Shown here: one piece after another, positions 12,330 to 24,647 of the stretch
Layout of the letters: every line of letters begins with the position of its first letter
Numbering within the stretch: the first letter of the stretch is position 1
Origin: Catajapyx aquilonaris
Lineage: Eukaryota
Assembly (NCBI GenBank): GCA_000934665.2
Contig: JYFJ02000982.1
Location: 1-64,000 of the forward strand
Reading direction: 5' to 3'
Length of the DNA: 64,000 nt
Translations under genes and position numbers: made by a program
The notes under the pieces: generated by a model
Database searches by the model: none
Told to the model about the DNA's origin: nothing
Seen by the model: only the letters and a program-made list of their open reading frames with translations

Positions 12330-15300
12330 TTATGTTAAGTTCACATGAAGGTGTGGAAACAGTTGAGTTAGCAAGCTAGGATCTCTGACCTGGGACTTGT
12401 GGAGGTCAATTCGCACAAGTTCTGGGCAGCCTGCTACCAGGCAGTTGAGATCTACAACACTCAAGCTGCCGCATCCTCTAAGAGAGACATGCTTCAGTCT
12501 GGGACAATTGGTACCCAAATCTGACAGGTCATCATCATCTGCCAGGCACAAACTGTATGACAAATCAAGGCTTTCCAACTTTTCAACTACTTGGTGACGC
12601 TCCCAAAATTCCTCAAAACCGGGCCCTGTGATGCAGTTAAGATGCCGCATAGTAAGGTGCTTCAGATTTAACAAGGAGCCAACGCCATTCAGTAGGCCTT
12701 GGTCAGTCATCTTCTCAGCAGCAATGAGGTGCAGCTCATTCAGCTGTTGGCAATTTGATAAGCGTACAAATGATTCTTCCCAATACAAGTATCCCACTGC
12801 CAATTTGTGAAGCTGCTTGCCAACACTGTCAATTATTGACCCAAGCTCAATGTCAGAACAATCTCGGAAGATGCACACCTCCACCAGGTTGCCCCACTTC
12901 CTCTCTAGAGATGTATCTGGTTGAAGTGGTGGAACGTAGCCTATATATCCACCGCATCTAAGATACGTGTATGAATGGCCCAGGATCAACCTCTTCAGGT
13001 GAGAGAGCTGAGCCAGACGGTCCAAATGGTGCCTACCATCCTCTGGAATAATGCAAATGGGTATAGCTTATTGACACCTTTCTTTCGGTACAATATCTAC
13101 ACCAACTATTAGGTGCAAGAAGTGACCCTGAAAGGTCCTGCAGTAAAGATATAAAGTTAAGGTTTTATGTTTCATTTCAAAATAATATTGCCATTCAAAC
13201 ATGAAAAATAACACCAGGATGAAAAAGTTCCGGGAATGTACTTTAATCACCCGGCTACCTTGAGAAGTAGAGACGCGCTTTCCTACTATGTACTATCCAG
13301 TAGGAATACAAACTTCCAATCCCAACCATGTCATTTAATGAATGCCAAAAAATGTGGGAAGCCCTGTCTTAAAGGGAATCTGCATTTGATTCACTAGCTG
13401 ATCTCTGAAAGGTAACCCTAGGACATGAAGTCAGAGTCAGGAAAAATTCAAAACCCAGCTACATCACTGCACTGTGGAGAACCACATTCATATTGGATGG
13501 TGCTTAAGTATTTTCAATGTTGCAGCATAATATTATGGGCTGTTGTTTTTTGTGACGCTAGTAAATGAAGTTAAGGTCCAAATATTTTATTCTTACCCTT
13601 CATGTTGGCTAGACAGATCTCCTGAAGGTTGGTCAATTTCTGGGACAGGCGTATCAGTACGATATCCTCCATATCACGTATGTGTTGCATGTAGAGGCAT
13701 TCCAGGTTGGGGGAAGTTCTCCAGACAGTGTACAAAATTCTACGTGCATCACCTCCATTCCATCTCACCAACTCCAGCTTCTTCAGTTGGCTCATTCCCT
13801 GCAGTATTCTGACAGCAGCTGTCGCACTAGGCATCCTTGTGCCATCTAGTGAAATCTCCTTCTAGACTCTCGAGTCTAATGCACATACACTCCATTCCTT
13901 GCAAACGAGAGCCACGTTCTTGAGGTCCCTCTTTGAGAGATATGCAAATATCTTGACAACCACTTCAGGTAATAGGTCGGAGACTGTTGTTTTCTTTCCC
14001 AGAAATTGATGCCGTGTGATTAGACAACATTGTGCTTGCATCATGTGATTGTAACACTGCATTTTGAAGGGTTGCCACATCCTGCAACAGCACAATGGTT
14101 CATTAAATGCCAGTTTTAGATAACAATGTACAATAAGCATCTAGTGACGAGTAACTACTAGTCATATGCCAATGGTGTAATAGGTAAGTGATGACTGATG
14201 ACTGAAGTCCGGATTTTTAGGCAAATGCCTATTTACGAGTAGTTCCTTAACAGTTGGGATGGTTTTGTGAAGAGATCCATTTCATAAGTGCAGGATCTGG
14301 AATATGTAGGTTTTATAAAATTGCCTAATTTCGTAGTTTTGGGAACTATTTTGCATATTCTGGCTTCTTGTGCCTTTTCATGCCTATTTGACCTGTTTTG
14401 GTGTAGTTTTGAAGTAGTTTCGGGACCTTTTCGGCCTATTTCGGACCTATTCTTTCAGAGGAGTCGGAGACATGTTGGTTTTTTTTTTGCAGAATATTTT
14501 TTGTGCTCCTGAAAGGACCAATATCATTCATAAGTAATACGAATCATGTTCCTGTTACACATATGAGCAGGAAGGCAGTTCCAATTGGAGGAAGGGATTA
14601 ACTCGACACCAGACATATGGAAAGCTGCATGAAATCCGCGAGCTTGTGAGGGATTAAGGCTTGGCTGCAGTTTCCCATGGTGCCTCATGAAGTTGTTCAT
14701 AGAAGGTTCTTATATGTAGAGGAAATTCCATTCTACTTTGCGCCTGTTACTTGTTGGTTGGTTGGTTGGTTGGTTGGTTGGTAGGAAGGGTTACCCAGCT
14801 TGTATGGCTCTGTGTGAGTCGAGCCTTGGCAGCCGGGGGTAGGAGAGGAAGGTGTGGGATTGCAAGGTAGGGGTGGGTGAGAAGGGTGGGGGAGAGGAGG
14901 GCTGGACCTGGCTGTACTGCAATGCCGGGTCCAACCCAAGGACGGGGGTGGGATATTCTCCCAAGCACCCCGTCCAACCAAGAAATGCGAGTCGGGTCCG
15001 AGGACCGCTCGAGGAAGAGAGTACCGTCGCTGGCGAACCAGCCGGGACCTCAATTAGCGTATGTGCTGTAGAGATGCCATTTCCTCTCTACAAAACTATA
15101 CTCACAGACAGGAGACATACTTTCGTAGATTCACTAATGAATATCTAGAAAAATATTTTGCTGACATATCTGTGCAAGTGGTCCAGTCCAGAGCAAGTGA
15201 TACATTCTTGAACTTTTGTGCCTTTTGCCCAAATTAAGTTTTGTGATTTTCTGACAGTTGATCGTGGTTAAGATGCGTTTAGGGCCCATGCGATGAACAG

Positions 15301-15592
15301 GCCAAAGATATCCTTTTAGCAGTGCATACCGTACCTTCTTGTTGCTTATTGGTGCGGACCCGGCCTTATCTACTCCGTCTGATGCTGATGAGCCTGCCAT
15401 CTTCTTCTTCTTTGCAGCCTTGCCCGACATCCCTTTATGCCCACCAGCAGCCTTCTTCTTCCTCTTGGGCATTGCTGCTGGAGAGCATGTGGAACAGTCA
15501 CCAGCCGAACACCCGTCGAACCCACGGTCAAACCCAAGGTAAACATGGGCATGTTTTCCAGGCAGTCCATACTTCTCCGAAAGATCCCTCAT
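12330..15592 (-). pseudogene. F-box/LRR copy 2, probable pseudogene
   Basis: Exons 15592-15335, ~13999-13597, 13042-12330. The exon 2 acceptor reads TTTCTG rather than TTTCAG, and an in-frame TAG at 13864-13862 replaces the conserved Trp (LDSRV* versus LDSRLW). Confidence 0.8.
14752..14782. repeat. (GTTG)n microsatellite in intron 1 of F-box copy 2
   Basis: ttgttggttggttggttggttggttggttgg, next to a GC-rich block (to ~15050) that is absent from the paralogs. Confidence 0.8.
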
Positions 15593-15775
15593 TGCAATAA
15601 GTGAAAAACCATTAGAAACTAGGCCTTGCAACAGGAAACATGGAGTGTTTCATCTAAGTTTCCGTATCCGCCGTTGGGTGGCACACATGCTGCATGTGCT
15701 GCCATCTGTGCACGTTTCCTACACTTATTTCCAATCCTGAGATGTCCATGTCTCATTTTGTTTAAAAATTAATAT

Positions 15776-16098
15776 AATAATAATAATTCATACCCCGTTA
15801 TCAGCCTTTTTCGGCTCTTTACGGGGGAAGTTTCTTTTTGCCTGGAACTCTTTGCTTTTCATCTTTACTGTGTTCTTTGGGATAGGATAGGGACGGAAGG
15901 AAACGGCTGTGGCCTATTTAATAGGCCACAGCCGCTTCCTTCCGTCCCTATCCGAAGCAACTCCGGAATTTTCCTGGAAAGACCGTGGGAAACCACAGAA
16001 AACCACGGTCAGAGTTGCCGGCCCCGGGATTCGAACCCAGGACCTCCCGATTAGCAGTCGGACACCATATCCCCTACTCCAAACTGCTTCGGTCGTTC
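15776..16098 (-). mobile_element. tRNA-derived SINE (family A)
   Basis: Reverse strand begins GACCGAAGCAG.. with ctGCTaa and B box GGTTCGAATCC; (TTA)n tail; flanked by 12-bp direct repeat AAAAATTAATAT (15764-15775 / 16099-16110); homologous to 50608-50842. Confidence 0.85.
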
Positions 16099-17486
16099 AA
16101 AAATTAATATGGAATGCACTGATGAATGGACAGGGAAAATGACTAACATTTCGTTTTAAAAAGGATTGTCCTGGCAAATGTAACCTGATAAGAAAAAAAA
16201 ATTACCACATTCCTATAAGCTCATCTCTCTTTCACTATGCAGCACCTACCCGGACAAAAATACTGCCAAATGTACTGCTACAAAAAAAAATTAATGTACA
16301 ACTGAACAAATCCTCTGCTTCCTGCATAAAAATTTCATATTAATTACTGGCAAAAGCATATATTTTATATTGCGAACATGGCGACACTTTCACGACCATA
16401 ATACAAAATTTCTAGGAGAATATTTATAGACTAACATGACATTCTCAACAATTTGCAAATCAAGTATTCACACATATACAAACAGATACTAACATTGTGA
16501 ATTTGCTACTTTGCCAGAGCAAACAACATTAATTGACACTTGCTAACAAATCCTTGCATTCACTCTTGACACCTCTTTCCCTGGAATGAGCGTGGCACAA
16601 CACTCTGGCCTCAAATGTATTGTATAGTAAATGCCTGAGGATCCTGTGACCACTGTTGATACTGCGTGTCTGAGGTGGTTATAGGGGCAAAGCACGATAG
16701 AGGCGTTTAAATATTTCAAAGTCATATATAAGTCCTTTCATATTGATATTTCAAACATTGTTGACATCATGATATAACTTATTGCTTAATGAGTACTGGC
16801 AGTTATTGCAGTAATGTTTCCAATTAATACACAAACCAAAATAATGCACCTCCACGTAGTCTCTTCAATTTCCCAATTAATATTGAACAAAAAAATGTGC
16901 AGAAGTGACAAATCTACACCATAGCTGCAGTTCAGAGGTATCTCCAAGCACCTCTATTGCACAGCAGGACGTATCTTACACCCTCTCTCGGAAAGTACTT
17001 CCTACAAAATAAAAGTTACAAAATCAAACTGTAACAAATCAGTTTAAGTACTGTACTTCCATGGATATCACACATTTACTTGTAGCGGGAACATTTTACA
17101 AGACCTGAGATGCACCAAAATTAGAGCGGCCATGAAATGACCTTGAGGTGCAACGGATTGAATTTTAATTATCATCCCTTATATTGGTTCAGATTTTTTC
17201 AAATATTTTTACCGCACAGAATAATTACGCTAGGGAAATACTGACTTGATCATCAGAAAGTAAACATGAAAACCATGCACATTCTGAACCCCCATTTTGC
17301 CCAAAACATAACCGATGGCCCTGTATTTTACGGCTTCTAATAAAATTTATTAGAAGCCGTAAAATACAGGGCCATCGGTTATTTAATAAGCTTCTTGGGA
17401 ACAGTACGTTATAAGATACTGCAAATGTACTGGTTTTTGAGGTTTGCAATACCAGTCCTTGCAGCTCATGCTAACTCCTTTCTCTT

Positions 17487-19091
17487 TTAATATGTGAAGT
17501 TCACATGAAGGTCTGGCCTTCGTTGAGTTAGCAAGCTAGGAACTCTTGTCTGGGACTTGTCGAGGTCCATTCGCACAAGTTCTGGGCAGCCTGCTACCAG
17601 GTTCTGGATGCCTACAACACTGATGCGGCTGCAACCTCCAAGAGACACACACTTCAGTCTGGGACAATGGAAAGCAATCACTAACAAGTCATCATCTGTC
17701 AGGCAACAACTGAATGAGAGATCAAGGCTTTCCAGATTTGCAACTACTTGGCGACGAATAAAAAATCCCTTAAAACCTGACCCTGTGATGGAGGTGAGAT
17801 GCCGCATAGTAAGGTGCTTCAGATTTAACAAGGAGCCAATGCCATTCAGTAGGTCTTGGTCATACATGTTCTTAGCATTAGTGAGGTGCAGCTCATTCAG
17901 CTGTTGGCAATTCGATAGGCGTACAAATGATTCTTCCCAATACAAGTTCCCAACTGCCAGTTTGCGAAGCTGCTTGCCAACGCTGTCAATTATTGACCCA
18001 AGCTCAATGTCAGAACACTCTCGGAAGATGCACACCTCCACCAGGTTGCCCCACTTCCTCTCTAGAGATGTATCTGGTGGAAGTATTGGATGAGAGCCAG
18101 CATATTGTGGGCGTTCCCGATACCTGTCAAACTGGCCTAGGATCAACCTCTTCAGGTGAGAGAGCTGAGCAAGACGGTCCAAATGGTGCCGTCCCTCCTC
18201 TGAAATAATGCAATTAGTAGCTTATAGACACCTCCTTTTGGGTACAATATCTGCATCAACTACAGTATATCTAGATCCAAATGGTAACCATGGTCTTGCA
18301 GTACAAATAAATTTGAGGAAAATTATGTTTCATTGCATTTGTATTTTTGTGTGGTTAGTAAATGAAGTTAAGGTGAAGATGTGTCTTCTTACCTCTCATG
18401 CCGACAAGAGAGATCTCCTGAAGTTTGCTCAATTTTTGCGGCAAATGTATCAGGGTGATGGCCTCCAAATTATAGATCCGATTCATATGGAGGCATTCTA
18501 GGTTGGGGGCAGTTTTCCAAACAGCGGACAAAATTTTGTGCGCATAATAACCACCCCAATCCACCAACTCCAGCTTCTTCAGTTGGGTCATTCCGTTCAG
18601 TATCTTGACAGCAGCTGCCACACTTGGCATCCTCGTGCCATCTAGGGAAATCTCCCTCCACAACCTGGAGTCCAACGCAAACACACTCCATTCCTTGCAA
18701 ACAAGAGCCACGTTCTTGAGATCCCTCTTTGAGAGATACGCAAATATCTTGACAACCACCTCTGGTAATAGGTTGGAGAATGTTGTTTTCTTTCCCTGAA
18801 ATTGAAGTCATGTTATTAGACAATGTTCTTGCACTCTCGCAGTGCATACCGTACCTTTACTTGGCTATGTACGGAACCAGCCTTACGCTCATGTCCGTCT
18901 GATGCAGATGAGCCTGTCGTCTTCTTATTTGGAGGCCCATCTTGGTCCGACATACGAGCCTTCCTCTTCTTCTTGTAGTGGACCTTCGCTTGGCATGTGG
19001 GGCAGTCAGCATGCGGACTGATGTCGTACTGATGGTTGGCATGATGTTTCTCAGGCACTGCCGGTGCATACTTCTCCAAAATGTCCCTCAT
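17487..19091 (-). CDS. F-box/LRR protein, copy 3 (~450 aa)
   Basis: Exons 19091-18855, 18795-18393, 18199-17487; canonical splice sites, open frame, F-box plus LRRs. Confidence 0.85.
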
Positions 19092-19880
19092 TCTATGACC
19101 TACAATACGGGACACAAGCTGTCAGCCTAGAGTACAGTACAGGACAAATACAGATGCGTACAGAGCTCACTTACATCGCAAATGAACCAGGCCTTACACT
19201 TGCAACCATAAAGAGAGACACGAAAGAAGGAAAGAGTCTTAAGAGTGTCACAAATTTTCATCTACTTTCATGATCATCCGTTGGGGGGCAGCAGGCGGCA
19301 CTGTCTGGAAAATATAATACGTCTATGGGAAAAAATGACTAGTGTGGCCGCACTGTGGCCAATGGTGACAACTAGAAATTCAAAAAGGTTTAAGGCGCCA
19401 GTTTGTACTAAAAATTTAATTAATGTTTATGTGCATTGCACAGAGCATACTTATAGTGGAGAGGTTTGATGGATTCTCTCAGTGTTAGCGTAGGTTTTCT
19501 CGGGGCTCTCCCGTTTCCTCCAACATGCAAAAAAGCACCATAGCATATACGATTCATGATTATTATAAGTGACAGGCATTTACATACGTATAAATACATA
19601 AATTACATAATTTTAAAAGCAGCACAATCAGACTTGCAATGTATTAAACGAAACCATACTTTAAAGATTTAATTATGACCCACTGGATTTTTTTATATTT
19701 ATTTATTTTACAAATATTTCATAACATAAATGAATACACTGCTCTACCAGAAAAGACTTCGCCATCAGAAAATAGGCATCGAGGATTACATGTCGTAATA
19801 ATGAACTCAACACATTATTGACATGTTTGTATATCAAAACCTCTGTGTAATTAACAACAGTTTGTGAATTGCCCATTTAT

Positions 19881-19987
19881 GGCCGGTTTCACCAAGCTCG
19901 GTTCTTTCAGAAAATCCCTATTCTATTTGCAGGGATTTTCTGAAAGAACCGGGGTTTTTATGAAAACCGGGCTTGGTGAAACCGGCC
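19881..19987. mobile_element. ~107-bp MITE-like element
   Basis: Terminal inverted repeats GGCCGGTTTCACCAAGC / GCTTGGTGAAACCGGCC plus internal inverted repeat ggttctttcagaaaatccct / agggattttctgaaagaacc. Confidence 0.7.
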
Positions 19988-20032
19988 ATTAAAAATACTG
20001 CGAATGAAATGATTTCCGAGGTTCATACAACA

Positions 20033-22604
20033 TCAATCCCGGCAGCACCTGCAACTCCTTACCATCCGAAGCGAGGTTCTAAAAAGCCGTGGAGTCAGCG
20101 TAGAAAGCACCTGATAATCTATCTGGAAATTACTGAGGACTAATTGCGTTAGATCTATGCAGGCTTTTACCAAGGGCTTCAGGCCTTGGGCAGTGACACA
20201 GCTGCATCCTTCAAGAGACACGTACTTCAGCTTGGGACAATTGGCAGCTACAAGAGACAAGACGTGGTCTGTTACACAGCAACTGAATGACAATTCGAGG
20301 CTTTCCAGATTTTCAACTACTTGGCGACGACCCCAAAATTGCTCGAAACCGGATGTTGTGATGGTGGTGAGCTCCCGCATAGTAAGGTGCTTCAGATGTA
20401 ACAGCGTGCCAACACCATTCAGCAAGCCTTGGTCATCCATTTTCTTAGCATTAGTGAGGTGCAGCTCATTCAGATTTTGGCATTTTGACATGTGCACAAA
20501 TGAGGCTTCACATTTCAAGAATCCAACTGCCAGTTTCTGAAGCTGTCCCCTAGTGCTGTAAATCACTGACGAAAGCTCAACGTCAGAAGGCGTTCGGAAG
20601 ATGCACACCTCCTTCAGACTGCCCCACTTGATATCCACAGATTTATCTGGAACAAGTGGTGGAATCGAGCCTATGTATCCTGAGCGTTCAAGGTAGGTGT
20701 GAGACTTGCCCAGGATGAACCTCCTCAGGTGAGAAAGCCGGGCCAGGCGGTCCAAATGGTGCCTGCCGTCCTCTGGAATGAAGCAAGAAGTACAGCGTAC
20801 CGACACCGTCCTACGAGTACAATATCTGACGTCAACTATAACTGAACACAGCAACTCTTTTTTTTTTTGGTGCTAGTGCATGAAAAATGATATTGCAGGA
20901 CAGCTCAGAAATAATTGTTAATAATTTTATGCAAAGGACTCATAAAGTGTTTCGCGCAGTTTTCTTGTTTTCCGCAACTGTCCAGATATTTATTCTCACC
21001 TCTCATGTTGACAAGACATATCTCCTGAAGGTTGCTCAATCTTTGGGGCAGGCGTATCAGTGAGACATCCTCCAAATTGTAGATGTGTTGCATGTAGAGG
21101 GATTCCAGGTCCGGTGCAGCCCTCCAAACGGTGCACAAAATTCTGTGAGCATCGCTTCCACTCCACCTGACCAACTCCAGTTTCTTCAGCTGGGTCATTC
21201 CCTGCAGTATCCTGACGGCAGCTGCCGCACTAGCCATCTTTGTGCCGTCTAGCGAAATCTCCCTCCACAACCTGGAGTCCAACGCAAACACTTTCCATGC
21301 CTTGCAAACCAGAGCTGCCCTCTTGAGATCCGTCTTTGAGAGATACACAAATATCTTGACAACCACCTCCGTCATAAGGTCAGAGAATGTTGTTTTGCTT
21401 CCCTGAAATTGTTGCCATATGATTAGACATCATGCACACTGAGAGAAAATTATTACAGGTGGTAATGATTTTCATAGGTGACCAATAGATGATTATCAAG
21501 GCTTTGTACCAGTATATTTACCAAATATGGTACAATGCCTCTCACGGCCTCCTTGGGGGGCCACGACTCCCAGGTTGGGAACCCCTGGCTTAGGGCCAAC
21601 AAATGGACACATTAGTCAGACAAGTATTTTGGATCACCCTGTATACAGGAAGCATTAGCTCTTGAAAGTACCCACTTAACGCTGAGCTTCATTTCATGCT
21701 GATTCACATTAGCACGCCACTTTCAAAATTACCTTTGAAAATTATTCAATTGGGAAAATACTTGGCAAGGGCTCATCACGCTTCTTTCGCGCCCCACACG
21801 CATCTGCGCCCTGTGCGGTAGCACTGGTCGCACACCCCTAGCGCCGGCCCTGAATTCAAGTCTAGTACACGTGTGTGCAGGGGGTGCCTCGAGAAGCAAT
21901 TTGATATAGGACACCCACACTTGGAAAACCAATCCCAACTGCGCTACAGGACCTCCAAGGCCCATTATTGCAACAGCCCCAAATATTGTTGTGTTTCCCA
22001 TTGTGCTCATTGTTTAGCTGCTATAAACAATTTCATTCAACATTGTAGGAGACATTGAGTACGTACTTACTGTCGATTTATTGTTACTCTTTTGTTTCGC
22101 TGCGGCAGCGGCTGAGTTTAGCAATGTACTCCAAGAGTACCGTACGTACTTATTGTTGTTTTATTCCTACTCTTTTGTTTCGCTGCGGCAGCGGCTGAGC
22201 TTAGCAATGTACTCTTTGATATTTTTGGAGCGTGAATTTTTCAGTGATAATGTGTCGACCGAACTTACATTCCCAACCGCTGCCATTTCATCCTGGCATG
22301 GTTCGGTAGGTGTCGTAACCGCAGTCCTCTTTGTGCTGCTTTGTCTGGACCTGGCCTTATTACGCTCGTCTCCTCCTGATGCTGCAGCAGTCTTCATCTT
22401 TGTAGGCGAGCCACCTTGGCCAGCTGCCAGCCTCCTCTTCCTCTTCTGCCCCGACACTGCCCTGCGTCCTCCTTCCTTCCTCCTGAACACCACACGGCTC
22501 TTGTTGCGCAGAGGACAATCGTCTCCCCACCACCAGTCGTTCTCAAGGCCTGGGCATTGGTCCACCCCATCAGCCGGTGCGTACTTCTCCAAAATGTCCC
22601 TCAT
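20033..22604 (-). CDS. F-box/LRR protein, copy 4 (~492 aa)
   Basis: Exons 22604-22269, 21402-21000, 20772-20033; canonical splice sites, open frame, divergent C-terminus. Confidence 0.85.
21437..21644. mobile_element. Mosaic of DNA-transposon terminal fragments in intron 1 of F-box copy 4
   Basis: CACTGAGAGAAAAT (CACTA-like start, 21437), GGTTGGGAACCCCTG (hAT-like TIR end, 21573-21587), GGATCACCCTGTA (Tc1/mariner-like end, ~21631-21643). Motif resemblance only; no partner termini found. Confidence 0.4.
22058..22214. repeat. Local tandem duplication (~55-80 bp)
   Basis: tactcttttgtttcgctgcggcagcggctgag(t/c)ttagcaatgtactc occurs twice, each copy preceded by gtacgtactta. Confidence 0.85.
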
Positions 22605-23091
22605 GACCTGTTGGTGGGAGACGTGCAGACTAGTACACAAGTAATTATTGCCAAACATGACTTACATGCTTACATTCAACATTGAACCAGAAGCGTAGAC
22701 AACAGGTAATGAGAGGCAGCCAGCTCAACCTACTCAGTGCGATGTCCGGCCGTTGAGTGGCGTTGTTTGGAAAGAAGCCCGCAGCGACCACAGGCGGAGG
22801 GAGGGCGAACTATATCCCTATAACAACCTGCCATAGAGATGTTTATACTTTGATGTTTATACTTAATCTCTATGCAACAACGATACGATAAGTGTCAAAG
22901 ACTAATATCGATTTATCGATAATTTTAATTGGATAGTTATTATTAATTACTTGCAAATTGTGCTAGTTATTAATAACATATGAAGCTGATTGTAAGCGAT
23001 GTTTTGCTTTACCGTAGATGATATTTTGTATATTATTTTTCACTGACTGTGAGTTTTATTATTTTACCTGTTCTACAGTGTGTCCCACAAG

Positions 23092-23222
23092 TTCCCAGAC
23101 AACACACGACGTCCACAGGACGTCGATAACTGGTCGACAGGTCCATGTCGAAACGTGGACGTCCGTGGGACATCCACTGGACGTCGAAATGTCCATATCC
23201 ATAGGAAGTCCATACGCATAGG
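23092..23222. mobile_element. Single terminus of a non-autonomous DNA transposon with GACGTC subterminal repeats
   Basis: CCCAGACAACACA followed by repeated (g)gacgtc motifs; no matching second end seen. Confidence 0.45.
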
Positions 23223-23463
23223 TATAATTGGATTGTATTGTTGGTTGTCAGCTGTGCCAACTCCAAATTCCAACAGCGCCCACCTCCACCGTTACTGATT
23301 GTCAACAAACTGCTAGTTGGCACAACACTGACGGAATAAACCAGCAATACAATCCAATTATTATAATTATTCTCTAGTCAATTAGCATGCAACACTAGCT
23401 AGTCTTTGGTGCTGCAATTTGCAGGACACCAATTGAATGAAGTGGTCTTGGTAGAGGAATTAA

Positions 23464-23581
23464 CCTCCTGAGACCCCTGGTACAGTATACTGTACCTTTG
23501 TTTTTTCCAGCACCTTCTGACTAACTCAAACGCGTGAAAAAACAAAAGGTGATTGAAAGGTGTACTAGGGGTCTCAGGAGG
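23464..23581. mobile_element. TTAA-flanked (piggyBac-like) MITE
   Basis: TTAA-CCTCCTGAGACCCCTGGTACA ... TGTACTAGGGGTCTCAGGAGG-TTAA. Confidence 0.8.
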
Positions 23582-24519
23582 TTAAAGAGTGGTTATATGT
23601 GAAGGGCACTAGCGCACTATAGCTGCCAAGAATATTCCATCCCCAATCCTGAGGGTGTTAAGAATTAATGTCTGACATCAAACAAAAGGCAGGAAGTTAT
23701 TAAATTAAGCAATTCATTTTGTCATCACTATAATACCATTTTGGGTGCTGCATATTAGTGGGGGGAAAAAATCATCAAGTTAAGAGGGGGAAAATTAAAG
23801 TGTATGCATACAGCACCATGTTTCCAGGGAAATATTCTCACAGAACAATATGAGTAAACAGTGTCAACAACAAAAAAGCAACAATGGAAGAAACTCCTCG
23901 AAGTTGTTGCTATCTATAATTAATTAGGCTACATATACCCAAATGGTTGAACAATTTCATTGCCGAGAAAGTTTTTTCTCTCTATGCAAAAGTGTATCTG
24001 GCGTCAGATTTCTACATTTTGGTACACTGTACATTGTGTGCGGATTATTTACTGGCAATAATATTATTTTAATACTTTAAAATCACTAGTTAAATGCCGT
24101 TAATTTAATTTATTTATGATCATGCCTGTTGCGGACATGCTGTTCTTATCATTACTTTGACTATTGATGACACGTGATGGCGGACATGACAAACCTCCAT
24201 GCCATAATATCCTCTCATCCACTCCGATAAGTTCACATCCGGATTGGCATCATTTTCATGGATCACTGAAAGAAAGCGCAAAAACGATCGAGTCCTTGAA
24301 TAATAATCGCACCGTGCATCTAAATTTGGACTTAGTAATGACACTAGCAGTAATTACTGTAAACTTAAAAAAAATTGCTGCTAAAGAAAAAAAAAATGCA
24401 GGAGTGGAAAGCCGGCTTGTGACTGTGCAGACCATGCAGTCACGTAACATTCTTCCAGTACCTTCCAACCCACCACCCTTCCGCAATCACGATACGAGAT
24501 TGCAGGTGCACAAGTTTGG

Positions 24520-24558
24520 TATAAAAACTAGCATGAACCGCAGCCCAAGGTCTCAGTC
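24520..24558 (+). promoter_or_regulatory. Core promoter of GST unit 1 (TATA + Inr)
   Basis: TATAAAA at 24520 and arthropod initiator TCAGT at 24553, ~95 bp upstream of the ATG. Confidence 0.55.
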
Positions 24559-24647
24559 TGTTTCCGCCAGCAGCTTCATACACTAGTGCTTGTTTATCCT
24601 TCGCTGCACCAACACTTGAGTGAATTGAAGGTAATCAACCTGTCGAT

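Noticed and set aside
14200..14480. Repeated GCCTATTT-like motifs suggesting a transposon subterminal region
   Set aside because: Paired termini not identified; too weak to annotate.
23100..23215. Short GACGTC repeats as a CRISPR-like array
   Set aside because: Eukaryotic DNA, irregular spacing, no unique spacers or cas genes; better explained as transposon subterminal repeats.
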